Below are positions 36,051-50,165 of a stretch of 64,000 bases of DNA, one piece after another. The notes beneath the pieces are model-generated. The model was given only the letters and a program-made list of their open reading frames with translations. It did no database searches and was not told where the DNA came from. The DNA comes from Camelus dromedarius (lineage: Eukaryota), in contig NC_087441.1 in NCBI RefSeq assembly GCF_036321535.1, forward strand, positions 27,714,001 to 27,778,000, written 5' to 3'. How positions within the stretch are numbered: position 1 is the stretch's first letter; every line of letters begins with the position of its first letter. Position numbers and translations under genes: made by a program.

Positions 36051-39000
36051 TTAGACACACAGTTGAGTAGACAATTGGTATACAATTGGTGAATGAAGCA
36101 GAATGTAGATTTGTTCTGGAAAAAGACACATTCCCAAGTTATTCATATGAAGATTATCAATGAAGCCATCTTTGGTATATGCAGAGTGTAGATCAACCTG
36201 GCCCAACTTGTTTATGACAATACGGACACATTATCTACATGCGAGAGTTATAAATATCATCGATGAGTTGGCCATTCAACAATTTCTTGGCCTCTGTTGA
36301 CACAGCTGGCTTTGGTCTATGTTATTAACATTATGCTCGTCAGTTTGAAAACACTCAAAACAGCGATTGCAACAACTCTGCATGAATGAATCCAAGTTTA
36401 ATAGTAAAAACAGGATTTTCCTGAGTTGCATTGCGGGAAACCTGAGAACTGCATCTGGGAAATGTGTGATAAAAACACCCCAGTCCTGCTTCTGTTTACC
36501 ATCAGAAAGAAGGAGCACTCTGTGGCGGCTTCCTAGTGGATTTAACTACATCTCTTTCCTTCCTTCCCGAAGTTGACCTTACATTCCCAGTTACGTCAAA
36601 TCACAGCAAACAGAAGAATATCTTATCCAGGCTAGGACTGCCACACGAGGAAAGGCAAAGAGCAAGAAACCAGCGACACAACCCGTGTGCTTCCTTCGCC
36701 TCACTCTCCTGTGGGTGTTTGCATAGCCTCTCAGTTTCAGTTCACTGACAGCCCCAGGAATGAATGCCAAGCGGGAGGATGAGGCTGGGTGAAGAGCTCT
36801 GGAAAGTAAAACACCCTGGGCTCACTGTTTTAACCTAGGAGGCCACTCCACTCACCCCCAAAGGCTGAATCATCTCAGATATCAGCCCGCAGGCACGGAT
36901 TGGATGGTACCTTCCATACTTGGGCACCAGGATGAACCTGTGATGAGCCAGTGTCACCTCATCAAAGTGAGAGGAAAGGGGCTGGCAAAGGAAAGAGATC
37001 CCACTGAGATGCCTACCTGAAACGAAAAGCCTGTTCTCCGGAGCAGGGGTGGACATGGGGACAGATACTTCCTCTGTGAGACGGCTTTGAAGTCATCCCT
37101 TAGTAAACATGCCTTCTCTCCAAGCTGCGCACACGCACTGGGCTACCACCCACAATTCCACCTCCACCACCCAGAAGAAAGCCCTGTGGGGGATGACCTT
37201 CCCTCACACTGAGGATGAAGAGGAGGACAGCAAGGATGCCCATGACCTTCTGTGTTTGGCACCAGGGACTGCGGTGCTGGTTTCCCATTGCCACAGAGAG
37301 CTGGTGCTAGGAGGGTCCACACCGAGTTTGAACTGGCATATTTCAAAAGTTTTTTTTTAAGGGAAATATTTATGACAGGAAATCAGGTTAGACATTCCTG
37401 AAGCTAGCAAGAGCTTATGAACACACTGTCCAATCCTTCCCGGGACGTGTAAATGCAGTTCATTTTTTGAAGGAAGACCCAAATACCTCATTCCTTTACA
37501 TTTAACCTGAGCCATCGGAGGAATGCAAGTGTTGATTCGGAGCCAGGCCTCCGGTAAAGGATTACCAGATGCAGGCCACACCAGGAAATTCCTCCTGGCC
37601 GCCAGAATTTATACTGCCGAGTGAGCTATGAATAGAAAGTTTGTGCGTGGTTATGAATATGGATAAAAGAGGGGAATGGCGAGCAGAATTGAAAACACAT
37701 AGTTTGGATCACAGAATATTTTCAAAAATATATTTAAAAGAAAATAAACACAGATTGTGTGTGTTCATTTACGGACTGAAGTACCTTTGGGAAAAAGAGA
37801 CATCAACAACTTTTCTTTCCAAACCATTTGCTTTTCCTTGTGCTTTTTAGCACAGAGCTGGACCCTCTGGGAAGGAATCGGGGTCTCGTAGAGTGCACAG
37901 TAAGTACTTTTACTGGCAGGCTTGATATGCCTTTCCTGTAGAAGACAAGGAGCTGAGTCTTTGAGTGTGCCCAGAAAAGACTATGTGGCTTGGGGAGATG
38001 TGTGCAGCTCATTCCTATTAGATCTGTTTCCTTGCCCTTTGGCCGCAGAAGGACTTTCCTGGTTTCTGCATTGTATGCTTTCATCTTTCTCCTTGTTCGA
38101 GTCTTCATGAGCATCAAGAGTGTATCTCGGTTGTTAAGAGTCCAGGGGAAAACTGAAAATTCACCAGTTCGTGTCACACAAAATGAAGAAAGAGGAAAGA
38201 GTGGCTTTGATCTCCATCCCACTCTGACAACTGCTCTCCATTGTGGCAAGTGTCTCCTCTTCCTGCAGGGGACCCCATCTCCTAGTGGTATCTTTTTTTT
38301 TGCCCAAAGAATCACTCATTTGCATACCACTCAACTGTGACCTCTCTGGGTTGGATAGCTGACTGTGTTCTCTGCTTCTCTCTTAGTCTCCTCCCCTCCA
38401 GCTAAACTGACCTGCTCTCTTTCCCATCACCTGGAGTCCTTGAGAGCCACTGGGGGATAGCTAATTACTCTGATAATACAATGGGTTATTCTGTGGTTGA
38501 TTCCAGGTTTATATTTTCATTCGATATGAATACTTATATTTTCCTTTCCTCTCCTGCTGACTACTTCACCCTGAGGAACTCCCTCACCCAGAGCATTTAG
38601 CTGCAGCCCAGTGAACCACAGGACGCACTGCTGTCCCTGACTGTACCCTGCAGTGACCTAAGGAACGCTAATCCATTGTCTGACCAGCACTGCCCTGTGA
38701 CATCCCCTGATATCAGACTCGGCCCAAGTAGAGATGTGTTGTGCAAATTTTATTCTTTCTCAGAAATTTTAAAGAAGTCCACTGATCATTATCACTTGAA
38801 TTTGCAAGGTCATCTTGTGGAACCTGGATTAATGGCCCAGGCAGGAAGATTTAGGGTTGCCAGGACTCAGGTTCAGTTCAAGTGAGACCAGCTCTGCTTT
38901 GTTTTCTGTTTGTGATTTCCCTGATACCCTATCCCCAGTGTGTGTGGGCAACCGAACTACATACCTCAGCAATGAACCTGAGGGACTGGGTACAGAAATG

Positions 39001-39549
39001 GCAAAAACAAAACAGCGCAGCCCCTCCAGGCCTCTGAGAGGATTAAGCTGGAAAGTCAATAGCTTTCCAGACCGGACCTTTCTTTGCAAGCAAGACGGAA
39101 TCAGTGGGAACAATAAACATCGGCTAGGATGGGCCTTCTTCACTCGAGGAAGGAATCTGCCCTGTTCATGCCGGCCTTTGGCTCTGCAGCAATGGAAAGT
39201 GGCAAATGATTACCTAAGAGTTCTTAGAATAACTGAGCAAGGGGAAACATCGTGGCCACACCTTGAGTTAAATGAAAGCCGTTTCTTCATTGGTGAAAAT
39301 CTGAAGAAGTCACTTTATGACCCATGGAACAAGACAGACAGTCTCCATATCTCTTCCTATTCTTTCTTTATTTGTACCTTCTGTAACACCTCACCTTCTA
39401 GAATACTAATTACCAATACTCATGTGTCCCTTGATTACAGATTAGCTTTGCGTAACAATCAGATGTTCTTTTGTTGACTTGTGGCAAGTTCTCCTGCATG
39501 AAATACCTTAAGAGTTAAGAGAGTGCACCTTTTAACTCTCTTTGTGCAG

Positions 39550-39849
39550 TTTTTTTTTAAACAGTTTTTTATTGAGTAATAGTCATTTTACAATGTTGTG
39601 TCAAATCGCAGTGTAGGGCACAATTTTTCAGTTATACATGAAAATATATATATTCATTGTCACATTTTTTTTCTCTGTGAGCTACCACAAGATCTTGTAT
39701 ATATTTCCCTGTGCTATACAGTATAATCTTGTTTATCTGTTCTACATTTTGAAATCCCAATCTGTCCCTTCCCACCCTCCGCCCCCTTGGCAACCACAAG
39801 TTTGTATTCTGTGTCTATAAGTCTGTTTCTGTTTTGTATTTATGTTTTG
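39550..39849 (-). mobile_element. 5'-truncated camelid-type L1 3' end
   Basis: attgagtaatagtcattttacaatgttgtgtcaaat...gagctaccacaagatcttgtatatatttccctgtgctatacag...ggcaaccacaagtttg. Confidence 0.88.
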
Positions 39850-40094
39850 ACCCAGTGGCCCTTCAAGTGAGTGTTGAATAAAAGTCACTTTAAGGCAGTG
39901 ATGCTAATGCTGAGGTTGACGGGTGTGATGGTGATGGTGGCAATGAGCTTGAACTTGAAGCTGTGTCACCTGCAATTTCAGCATAGGACTAACTGATACT
40001 CTATGATGTCGATCTTCTCTCTCCCTTGCTAGAAAGTACCATATATGAAGGCAGTTTTTTACGGCTATATCCCAAATGCCAGAACAGTATCTTT

Positions 40095-40470
40095 TTTTTT
40101 CTTTTTTACATTTTTTAACAGATTTATTGAGGTATAATTGATATACAAAGAATAGCACATTTTTAATGTGCACAATCTGATGGGTTTGGACATAGGCCAA
40201 CACCCGTGATACCATCACCACAATCAGTGGACACAACCAACGCCTCCTAAAGTTTCCTTGCGTCCTTTCATTTTTCACTTACTTACTTTTTTGGCAGTAA
40301 GAACACTTGACAGGAGATTTGCCCTCCTGACGAGTTCTGAGGAGCACAATGCAGTGTTGTTAGCTACAGGCACCAGGCTGTCCAGCCACCTCTAGAGCTT
40401 GTTCATCCAACGTAACTGAAACGTTATACCCCTTGAACACCAGCCCCCCATTCCCCTCCCCCCAGGCCTG
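40095..40470 (-). mobile_element. Two adjacent L1MA/MB 3' end fragments
   Basis: tttattgaggtataattgatatac...accatcaccacaatc and gtaagaacactt...aactgaaacgttatacccc. Confidence 0.75.
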
Positions 40471-40965
40471 GTATCTTTAGTGTAGTAGACACTTAATAAA
40501 TATTTGTCAAGTGAATAAATGCTTAAATATTAAAAAAAAAAAAAAAAAAAAACCTTCAAGAGGGAGCAATTTCCTCTTCCGTATCCAAACTTCAGTGTTT
40601 GGTCTGCTGCAGACAAAGTGCTTTTCTCTCCGCCGTGCCAGGCCTGCTTTCTCTTGACACGAGTCTGTGACTGCTGTTATCCCAGACTTTAATGAATGGC
40701 TGACCTACTTGGTGCAATATTATTTTTTTTTGATAATGTGGTATTTTTGGAAGGTACATACCTGATAGTATTTCTTATCCCTGACGCTGATGTGGTAACT
40801 AAAAAAATATGTCCCAAATATATGCTGTTGTTGCTAAGTAATTTGACAATGTTTGAATAGGCAGTAAAAGAGGATGTTTTGATAGTATTTAGGAGCAGAG
40901 ACAGGAAAATAAACTGTCCATTTTTCTCTCTCAGATCTACCTTGTCCTTTTATAAATAAATATTG

Positions 40966-40970
<5 letters not shown>

Positions 40971-41004
<34 letters not shown>

Positions 41005-41012
41005 TACACACA
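40971..41012. repeat. (TA)n/(CA)n microsatellite
   Basis: About 14 TA units followed by CA units. Confidence 0.95.
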
Positions 41013-43049
41013 CATAAATGTATAGAGTATATAAATAGATAATTAGAAAAAACTGTGGAATGGATCTTAGTTTAAGAAGGTTAACATTTCCATCAAACTC
41101 TTAGGAAAATTAATTAAGGTAGAAATGTCTTCCAAATTGCTTCAAAGTTACTTGGAAAATTGATCTCTATATGAAAAATGGCTTAAATACTGAATTCAGG
41201 TCAATTTTTTTATGAGTTTTGTTTTTACAGGAGAGCAAAACCAGTCAAGTACTGATTTATAAGAATATTTTTATGTTCTTTTACTGTTGTTTTTACCTGA
41301 GGGAATATTTCTTGAGAACCACTCAAATTTCCAAAACTTAGTAGACTACACTTGTTTTGCAGCAATTCCAAAAAAAGAAATAAAGAGTGGATATATTTAG
41401 GATTGCTACAACCATTCAGTTTTATTGAATACCTTTGTTTCCCTCCACTATTTGGAAGAACGTTTGGAAATAAGAGAAGTAGTGTCGTTTGTGACTGGGA
41501 AAAGAAGATTCAAAAACAAGTAAAAACCATTCAAACTACTTTGCTTCTTTGTACAACTGATGCACAGAAATTATGTGTCTCCTGCAAATATAAAAATCTG
41601 CAGCATGAATTTTTATCATCTTTGCATCTGTAAATATCTACAACCATCTTAGAACCAGCTCCTGAATGTCTTGTGGCATTAAAAGGCATCAATACTTTAT
41701 CAACTGTGATTAATTCTTATTAAATGTTATGTTTACTCTATGTGGCTGAGAAACAAGATGTTCTCAAACATAAAAGAAGCCAAGACATCCAGTCTGAAAT
41801 GTACATTATACAAGAAACTTAAGGCCCATGACTCTGCCGTTGAACCTTTCTCATTTCATGAACCACCATTTTTAACCCATGGAAGAAGTGGCTGACCAAC
41901 CCATAATCACGCAGGCCTATTTAGTAATAAGTTTCTAGCGTTGTTTTCCCGTGTGATTTTTCTTTTATTCTCTGTACTTCCTGTTCAGTTAAAATCTGTC
42001 GTATGTCTGTAGATGGATCAGATAATCAAACTATCACTAAGAAAGTGTAAGGAGGAAGTTGTAAAGGAATTTATCCTTTTATAAATTTTCAAGACAATCA
42101 TAAAATATTTTTTTTAATTTAAATACAACAAAACAAAGGCTTCCTGTGTAATCACCTGACTGTAACTTCATAGTGGCAGGAACAACAGAAATCTTGTTTA
42201 CCAGACAATACCAAGGGCCTAGCACAGTGCCTGGCATGCAAGCGTCACACAACCAGCACTGGTTGACAGGCTGGAATATAAGGAATATGATCTGACCGAA
42301 AATTCAGCTCAGGGATGTATGTTTAGCCAAGGAGAAGGTCAAGCACAAGTGGTGCTGACCAGAAGCACCCTTCAAGGAAACGACCCAAAGCACATGCATC
42401 ATTCAGAGAAGTAAACACCTTCAAAACTTTTAGTACAGCTTTCTATGTCCAGCACCATTTGAAGAATTTTACAAATTAGAAATCAGTGGTTTGAATAAAC
42501 CCAGAGCCTGAATAGCTTTTTCCAACTTTTCAAATGTGCAAAACACATTTTTCCTCTCGAGCTTCCAAGAAAGACCTGAAGAATCACCATCAATTCTGGG
42601 ACTGTACTCAGGGCTTAACTCTCAAGGAATGGACAAAGGAGGGCTGAGAAGCACAACAGTAACAACAGCCAAGTACACAAATAGAAGCTAAACCAGTCCA
42701 AAATGGAACAGTTTGGGTCATCAACCTGTTCTGTGTGGTCCTCCTTTTTTTTTTTCCCCACAATTAAAAAATTGCCATGTGATAAAAATCAGATGTAGAA
42801 TACAAAGTGAAAGATAAGACGGATGAGATGGGCAGGGGCTGGAGGAGAGTCTGTTATGACACACTAAGAAGGGTAAACTTTCATTTTAGAACAACGGTGA
42901 TCCCTTGGGATGAACATGTTAAGGCACGTTTTGAGGGTTTTGAGAAGAGATGCAGAGAGAACGTTCACATGATCCCTCTTCCTCAGCTCAGAAATAGAAC
43001 ATGACCCGTTACCTCCGAAGACCTCTGAGAGCCATTCCAGAGAACTTGC

Positions 43050-43541
43050 TCACCTTTCCTCCTGACGAGAAGTACCTACTGATCTGTACTTATATCCACT
43101 TTTACCTGAATCTGGGCAGAGGCTTATGAAAGTTCCAGTCAGCATAGTATGTAGAAATGATTCTACGTGACTCCTGAGGCCAGGGCACAGAAGGCATGTG
43201 GTTTCTGTCTGGCTTTTTCTCTCAGGATGCTTGCCCTGGGAGCCCCGTCTCCATTTGTGAGAGAGGCCATGTGGAGATGGTCTGATTGAAGCTCCAGCTA
43301 AGCTACTGGCCAACCCCAGCAGCAAGCGCCAGACACGTGAGTGAAAGAAGCTTCGAATAATTCCACTTCCAGCTTCTGGTCTCCCAGCTGAGGCCCCCCA
43401 GCATCATGGACTGGAGATAAGCTGTCCCTACTTCCTCTGTGCAAACTCATGACTCACAGAAACTGAGAGATAATACGTGACTAGCGGCGTTTTAGGTCAC
43501 GTGTTTTGGGGTAATTTGACCTACAGCAGTAGCTAACCAAC
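43050..43541 (+). mobile_element. MLT1 (G/H-like) LTR
   Basis: ctgaatctgggc...gaggccatgtggag...gccagacacgtgagtgaaag...ttttggggtaatttg...gcagtagctaac. Confidence 0.8.
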
Positions 43542-46500
43542 GCCCCAGGCTAGAGGCCACCTCTGTGGTTCTAACAGGTGAACACTTTTAGATCCTGTCA
43601 ATTCATTTGCAAGGTAAGGTAGAGATTTCTTCTGAACCTTGAAACCATTATTCACTTATGCAAACTTTTGCTTCCATGGCTAATTCTGTAACAAAAAGGT
43701 ATTTCATGTGTTTAAGTCAATACTTACATTTCAGGAAAATGCAGGTATATGTGCATACTATAAATAGAGTTATATGCTATTCTATAGGTATATATGTGTG
43801 TACCCTATAAAGGGATACATACACAGATATATATGTGTGTTTGTGTATATTTTGTCCCTGGTTTCAGTAAAGTATATATCTTTGCATTTTATAAATAGTG
43901 ATGAATGCAATATCTTAATAGGATAGATCTGAAACGAGTTTGAAAATTTGTTGGGTAGAGTGGTAAGTGTGCTGACCTGTGTGTATAATTATGCATGTGT
44001 GGCATCATTTTACAAATACTTTCACATGATGGCATAGTCAGTGCTTTCCCTTATACACTAAGCTTGGGGGCTGAATAAACTTTAGTCAAGACCTTTTGTT
44101 CTCTGAATTTAGCTTTCCTGCTCCTATTGTGACATCCTCATTAAGTTGCAAAAGTTTCTTTTTGTTGTTTAACGTACTAACTGCTGATGTAAAACTTAAT
44201 ATGGGAAAAATCTGCAAAGCACACTTAGGATGGGGGCTAAATTGCTATGGAGTACTGTGATTAAACACGTCACGTGATGTTTGCTTCACTGTTGTATCAG
44301 TGTTTCTAAACCTGCATTTCTTTCCATCGGGGTCACATTTAACCTTAGAAAACAGAACTGGTAAGTGAAACACAACCAGTTAGGGACCAGAAGAGCCAGT
44401 CAATAACTAGTGGGCATGGGGTCTGTGAAACCCATGTTATTCCCTTGCTGGGCTGTTTCATTCAGCAGGGTGATCAGAAAGAGCTCTTTAATGCCAATTC
44501 ATGCTTCAGAAAGCCTCTATGCTGAGGGCCACGCTAAATGGAGTAAAAACAAAAGATTTCCCCTTGCAGCCATAGTCAAACTCAAATCTCATCTCTTCCG
44601 GAAGATTTTCCCCAATTACCCTTGATCTCCATTTTCCCTCAGTCCTGTTAGACCCTGTGAGATGTGGCACATCACTCTCTTCTCCTCTCTGACTCACGAA
44701 TGTGCTGCAATACCTTCACCTCTGGGAGATCTCTGTGAGCAAGAAACTGCCTCTCGTTTCTTTCTGGTTCTTCAAGGCACGGAGTTCAGGGCTTAGAACC
44801 TATCAGGCCGTGAGAAAAGTATTTGCTTCTGGCTTACTGGTTTGAAAACATGACCAAAGAAAAATGCTTTTAGAATCAAATGGTTATAATAATGATGCTT
44901 ATATTGCAGATATTTCATAATGGATTTTTCTTTCCTCACATTCAAAGTATTTTTTCATTGGTCTCATAATATGCATGCATCAGGATGAATTTCTCATTGT
45001 AATTATTAGCAGGTTACCTAGGCCCATTGCCTTTTAAAGGAAACGTTTTTCAAAAAAGGTTGGGGAGTGATAAATTTATGAAAATATTTGAGAAATGTCA
45101 TATAGGAAGCATTTTCTTGAGTGATTGTGAATCATTAGGCCACAAACAAGTCATGCTTTTTATGGAAAGAGGGGTTAGATTAATTAATTTCTGAGATCTT
45201 TTCTAGCTCTTAACATTCTGATACTTCATACTGAACAGCAAGGGCAAATCTCAGGTCCTGCTAATGAGTACCTTTAGATGAGATGTATTTTCTTGAATAT
45301 GTAGGTCTATAAATGCCAGGCCCAACAGCAAGGTGGCAGCTTAAATGCCAACTTTCCTGAACCTTTCCACAGCAGCACAGGCAGAGGACGGCTCTGACAT
45401 GTCTTCATTTTTCACTGATGAAAGACTGTCTGAAAAAATGCTGTTTACAAAAACATTCTTCTGCTGATTGTCTGCATCCCCTGCAGAGTTCAAGTGAGGG
45501 GGTCTAAGAATTTGGGGAGGGCAGAGGCGGTGATGGGTGAATGAATCCTTTCTCCCCATCCTAGAGGTCATCCTCAATAAGGCCACTCTTCTGTGGGAGG
45601 TAGAAAGGAATCTGATGGTGCCTGTTTGTTTTGGCAGCCTGTGCGCTGAAGATGCACACATCCAGAGAGCGACAGAGAGCCATTTTTCCAGGCCAAGGGT
45701 AACTTGTCTTTCCATAACACTGTGGGAAGCTGCAAAGGCAAGCCACACGGGCCTGTCCCCAACCTGCAAGAACAGCCCTCTGCTTCCAGAAGTACCGTCT
45801 CTAAATCACCTTTCATCCATCAAGTATTCATTTTGAAAAATTAAGGAAATAAAACCAGAAGAGATTTATTTTTCATCCCAGTGATGAAGGGCATAAAGGC
45901 TTTCTTCATCATTATTGTCATCAACATCCATAAGAGCAGAGGCAGCAAATGGCAACTGAACATCCAGAGAGCTTGTGTCTCTTCATTAGATTATTCTCTG
46001 CAGTTCTTAGAACATCGATTTACCACTGTCCTTGACTTCCATGAACTTACTGTTCTGAGAGCCTAGATCCAAACGGCTCTCAAAATTAGTTCTCTACCTA
46101 GAAATGAGTATTATTATGCCTTGATGACATAAATCTTATGGCTTAAAATTCTTCACAACTCCCCTATTCAAATCCACAGATTCTCAGAATATAAGGTATC
46201 ACAATAGTTTAAATTCAGAAGTCACACAAAGCAGAGATGTCAAGGCCTTCTGTATTAAAGTGTGTAAAATTCTTTGTACAGAATGTACAGTTACCTATGA
46301 GCCATGAAGACCATGCCTTAAGAATAGAAACAACTATCCTGAAATAGCGTGTTAACCATCTATTAATTGCTTCCACCTCTTTCTTTATTTCTCTTTTCAT
46401 AGCATCCTCTAATCTTTCTTTCATGTTACTATCACTACTTGATTTTGAATGCACATTACCTGTGTATTCACTGTTTCACTTAAATGGTTAATGGAAATGT

Positions 46501-49500
46501 CTAGCATTTTGTTAAAAAGAACTCTCAAACTGCATTCAGACTTCTGTTAGTTTCAAATTAGTAAGTTGGAGTGTGTCTCTGAGCAGAGGTTTTTCTTTTT
46601 ACAGAGAGACATAATAGTCACGCAAAAAGTTTTTTCCTGAAGGGCATAGATGTAAAGGTCATAACAGCTAGCCTTTTATCGGCGCGCTGAATGTCATGTC
46701 AAGCACTATACTATTTTATGTGTATTAATTCATTTAAACTGCACCACAAACCTACAGAATGGGCATTATAATTATCTTCACTTTGAAGGAGACATACAGG
46801 TAAGTAACTTGCCCATTACAAAGGGAATATACTTTGGAGATGGGATATATTAATATATAAGCACAGAGAGAGTAGTAAATTGATTATGCATTTTTGTGAT
46901 GTCACATTTAGTGTTTTTACTTAAAAAAAAAAACCCATAAAATGTAACTGTTGATTATGGCAATGTGGTAGACTAGATTTCCTGACCAACCCCCTGCTGA
47001 AAACAATGAAAATGTTGAGTAAAAGAAATGTGTCAACAATCAGGCAATAAAGGACGGGATAATTAGAGGGCAAATACTAGGCAAAATAAAAACCAGAGGG
47101 GTTACCTGAATTCTGCTTTTAGCCTAAAGATATTCAGTAAAACCTGCTGGGTTTGAGCTTGTGAAATGAAAAGATATATGATTTACTGAAATAACGGCTA
47201 GTTAATTATATATATATATATATATATGTATATCCATTTATAGTGTACATACATACATATATAATAACACATAAATCTACTTATAGTGAACACACATACA
47301 CACATACTTTTTCTTGAAATGTAGACATTGACTTAAACACATGAAAGACCTTTTTGTTATAGAATTTTCCATTAAAGCAAATATGTTTTCATAAGTGAAT
47401 GAGTTCAGAAGAAATCTTCACTTTATCTTGCAAATAAGTTGAACAGGATCTGAAAGTCTGTGTCCAGCTGTTGGATTTACATGACCTCCCGACCAAGTCT
47501 ATGTAAGACATGCAGATGTAGATTAATTAGAAGCATGGAAAGCTGTTTTCTAGGCCTTCATAAGGGTCTTTCATTATAATCATCTCTGTGGTTAGTATAA
47601 AGAGACGTTTGTTTTGATTTTTCTAGAGAACTGCTTTACAATTTTATATGCAAACAAATGCCATACACATTTTGCATCTGAGAAGAATTTTGGTATAAGA
47701 TGTGTTCTCCTGGGAAGGCCATAAATATTACATCTCTATAATGAGTTCATAGACTTGTTTCTACTTGTTCAGTGACTTAATTAAAAAACCTGTATAAGAC
47801 CTGCACTGTTACCAAGACGCAATTTAGGAAAAACATCTCTCCTGGATGAGCATTTTTCCTTCAGGGAATAGTTTAGTCACCTGGCTCTTGTACCTAATAT
47901 TAATTCATCACTAACTATTTTTAAAATGATTTACAATCACTGCAAGAATTATTATTCAACAATAATTTTTGCTTACTACCCAACAAATACAAATTTATCA
48001 TAAGATGCTTTCTCAAAAACAGAGCCCTGGTTTTTAAAGTTAAAAAAATATATATTGCAGCATCACAATTGAGGTCTTGATGATTTGGACTTTTTAAAAT
48101 ACTTGAAAGAATGCTATGCAGAGTCTGTATTCAGCTCATACTGTAGGCATTGACTCTTTTTTTTTTTTTTAGCAAACAAAGAAACAGATAAATATTACCT
48201 CAAGAGAATTATGTTTTTTAAAGTATGTTTTAAAGGAATGTTTAAATGACTTGCAAAAACATTAGAGTGATTTTAAAAGTTTTGCTTTTTTAAAAAGTAA
48301 CCATTTAGAATATAAGTAGCTGAAGAATACTCCTGGAAAACTGAGTGCTGGGAATACAGCAATGAGAAAAGACAGACACAAATCTGGCCCCTGTGGAGTT
48401 TCCGTTCTAGGAGGGAAACGCAAGAGCATATATTAGGTATGTGCATACTTGCATCACAGAAACCATGGTCCTGTACTGAAGCAGTGACTATTCTTTTTTC
48501 TCCAAGGATAAAGAAGCAGAGAGCAAGCATGGTTTTAAATTATTTAGGATTTTTTCAGGCATTCCAGAGAATTCAGTCAAAAAACCTTTAAGGTCCAAGG
48601 TTTATTATTTTTTTTAATTAAAAATAAGAAATTAAAAAAGAAATTGTAGTAACTTCCTGTTTATAAGAGATCCACATCTTATCCTTTGGTCCCACAGCTA
48701 GGCCTGCCCTTTGCTCTTATTTGCCCTGTAATCATTATTGATAGTCTTCAAATAGATTGGCTGTTTTGATTGACTTAATCCAGAATTAGGTTAAATTTTT
48801 AAGCAATTTATTAGTGCTTTCTGTTAAATTACCTAATTGTCTGACCACTCTGTGAACCAATTAATTACTTGCTCATCAATTAATCTATTAATTAATCAAT
48901 CTACTTTGATCAGAACTCATTCATCTGGTAGTCTATGAGGGAATACCCTTCTTTAACTGAACTCTGAAGCATCATACTAAGGCTGCCTCTCAACAAATTT
49001 GAATTATTGATTGTGGTCCCATCTGTTAACAGGAGTAAAAGACAATGGTTGAAGAGTTGGCTAACTATTAACAGTTCCAAACCTGTTAGAGGTCAGTGGT
49101 CAAACAAAATTGAGCCCCTCAATAGAGAGGAACTACATCTGTGAATCTCTCTTCTACGTCTGGAGTTAGTTTGGTGCTATGATTGCTCCAGCTGCTGAAA
49201 AGGAAAGGCTCCAACCTATGCTACCACCCACCTCTTTGTCTCCAGTTGATCATAGACCTATATTACAATTTGATATTCCTTTTGTTATTTCTAGAATAAG
49301 TCATGCAGTACATTTATTCCCCCAAGCCCTAGAATAAGCTAACTTTTATACCAATGCCAATCCTGGGTAAAGAATTCTCTCTGCCTTTTCTTGATGTGAA
49401 GCTCCTACCAAGTGGACAAGGGTCTAGCTGTTCATCTGCCTGTTGAAGGACACATACAATGTGGAGATGCGTTGTGAAGGTTGTAAATATTCTAGAGCCA

Positions 49501-50029
49501 TGGCGATTCTCCCAGAATCATGTAAGGCCTCACAAATATTCTCTCTAATTTGGAAAGTCTGGGGTCAACCAGATATTCCCAGGTCTAGGACATGACTCAA
49601 GACTCAGCCTTCTTTAGGTGTTAATTTAGTAGCTAAAAACCTGGGTAGTCCTGGGTCAAAGCTCTGTGCTAACCAGTTATGTAAATTTTGGCAAGGTATT
49701 TGCCCCTCTATGCCTTTCTTCTAGAAAATGTTTGTATGCTTGTTATGGAGATTTGTAGGATAATGAATGAATGAAAGAGGTGTTTAGCTCAGCACTCAGT
49801 AAGAGTTGGTTGTTACTAATTGTTTTAGGTGCAGGTTTATTCTGCTCCAGGCTTTCAGCTCCAGAGTGAATGCTATCTAAAGCGACATATTTCAAATTAC
49901 TGTTCATGACACATACATGGGTAGTAAAGACAAATAATTCACACTGATAAAGTAGAATAGAACAGATGATATTGAACAGCACCATGTAAAATAGGCATGC
50001 GTACACTGCACAAGACACTGTGCAACACG

Positions 50030-50165
50030 GTGTCTGTCTGTACTTAACAATACCATAGTGTACACTTTAAAATGTGTTAAAAGGGTAGCTCTCTTGTTAA
50101 ATATTCTTACTACAATAAAAGAGAGAAAATTAATGTAATAAAATAAAAATAAAAATAAATAAATT
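50030..50165 (+). mobile_element. L1MA 3' terminus with A-rich tail
   Basis: gtacttaacaataccatagtgtacactttaaaatgtgttaaaagggtag...tacaataaaa then (TAAAAA)n. Confidence 0.7.

Noticed and set aside
38857-39477. Longest ORF in the window (206 aa, +)
   Set aside because: No recognisable domain, non-ATG start, and my rough estimate puts this length within the chance tail for six frames of 64 kb.
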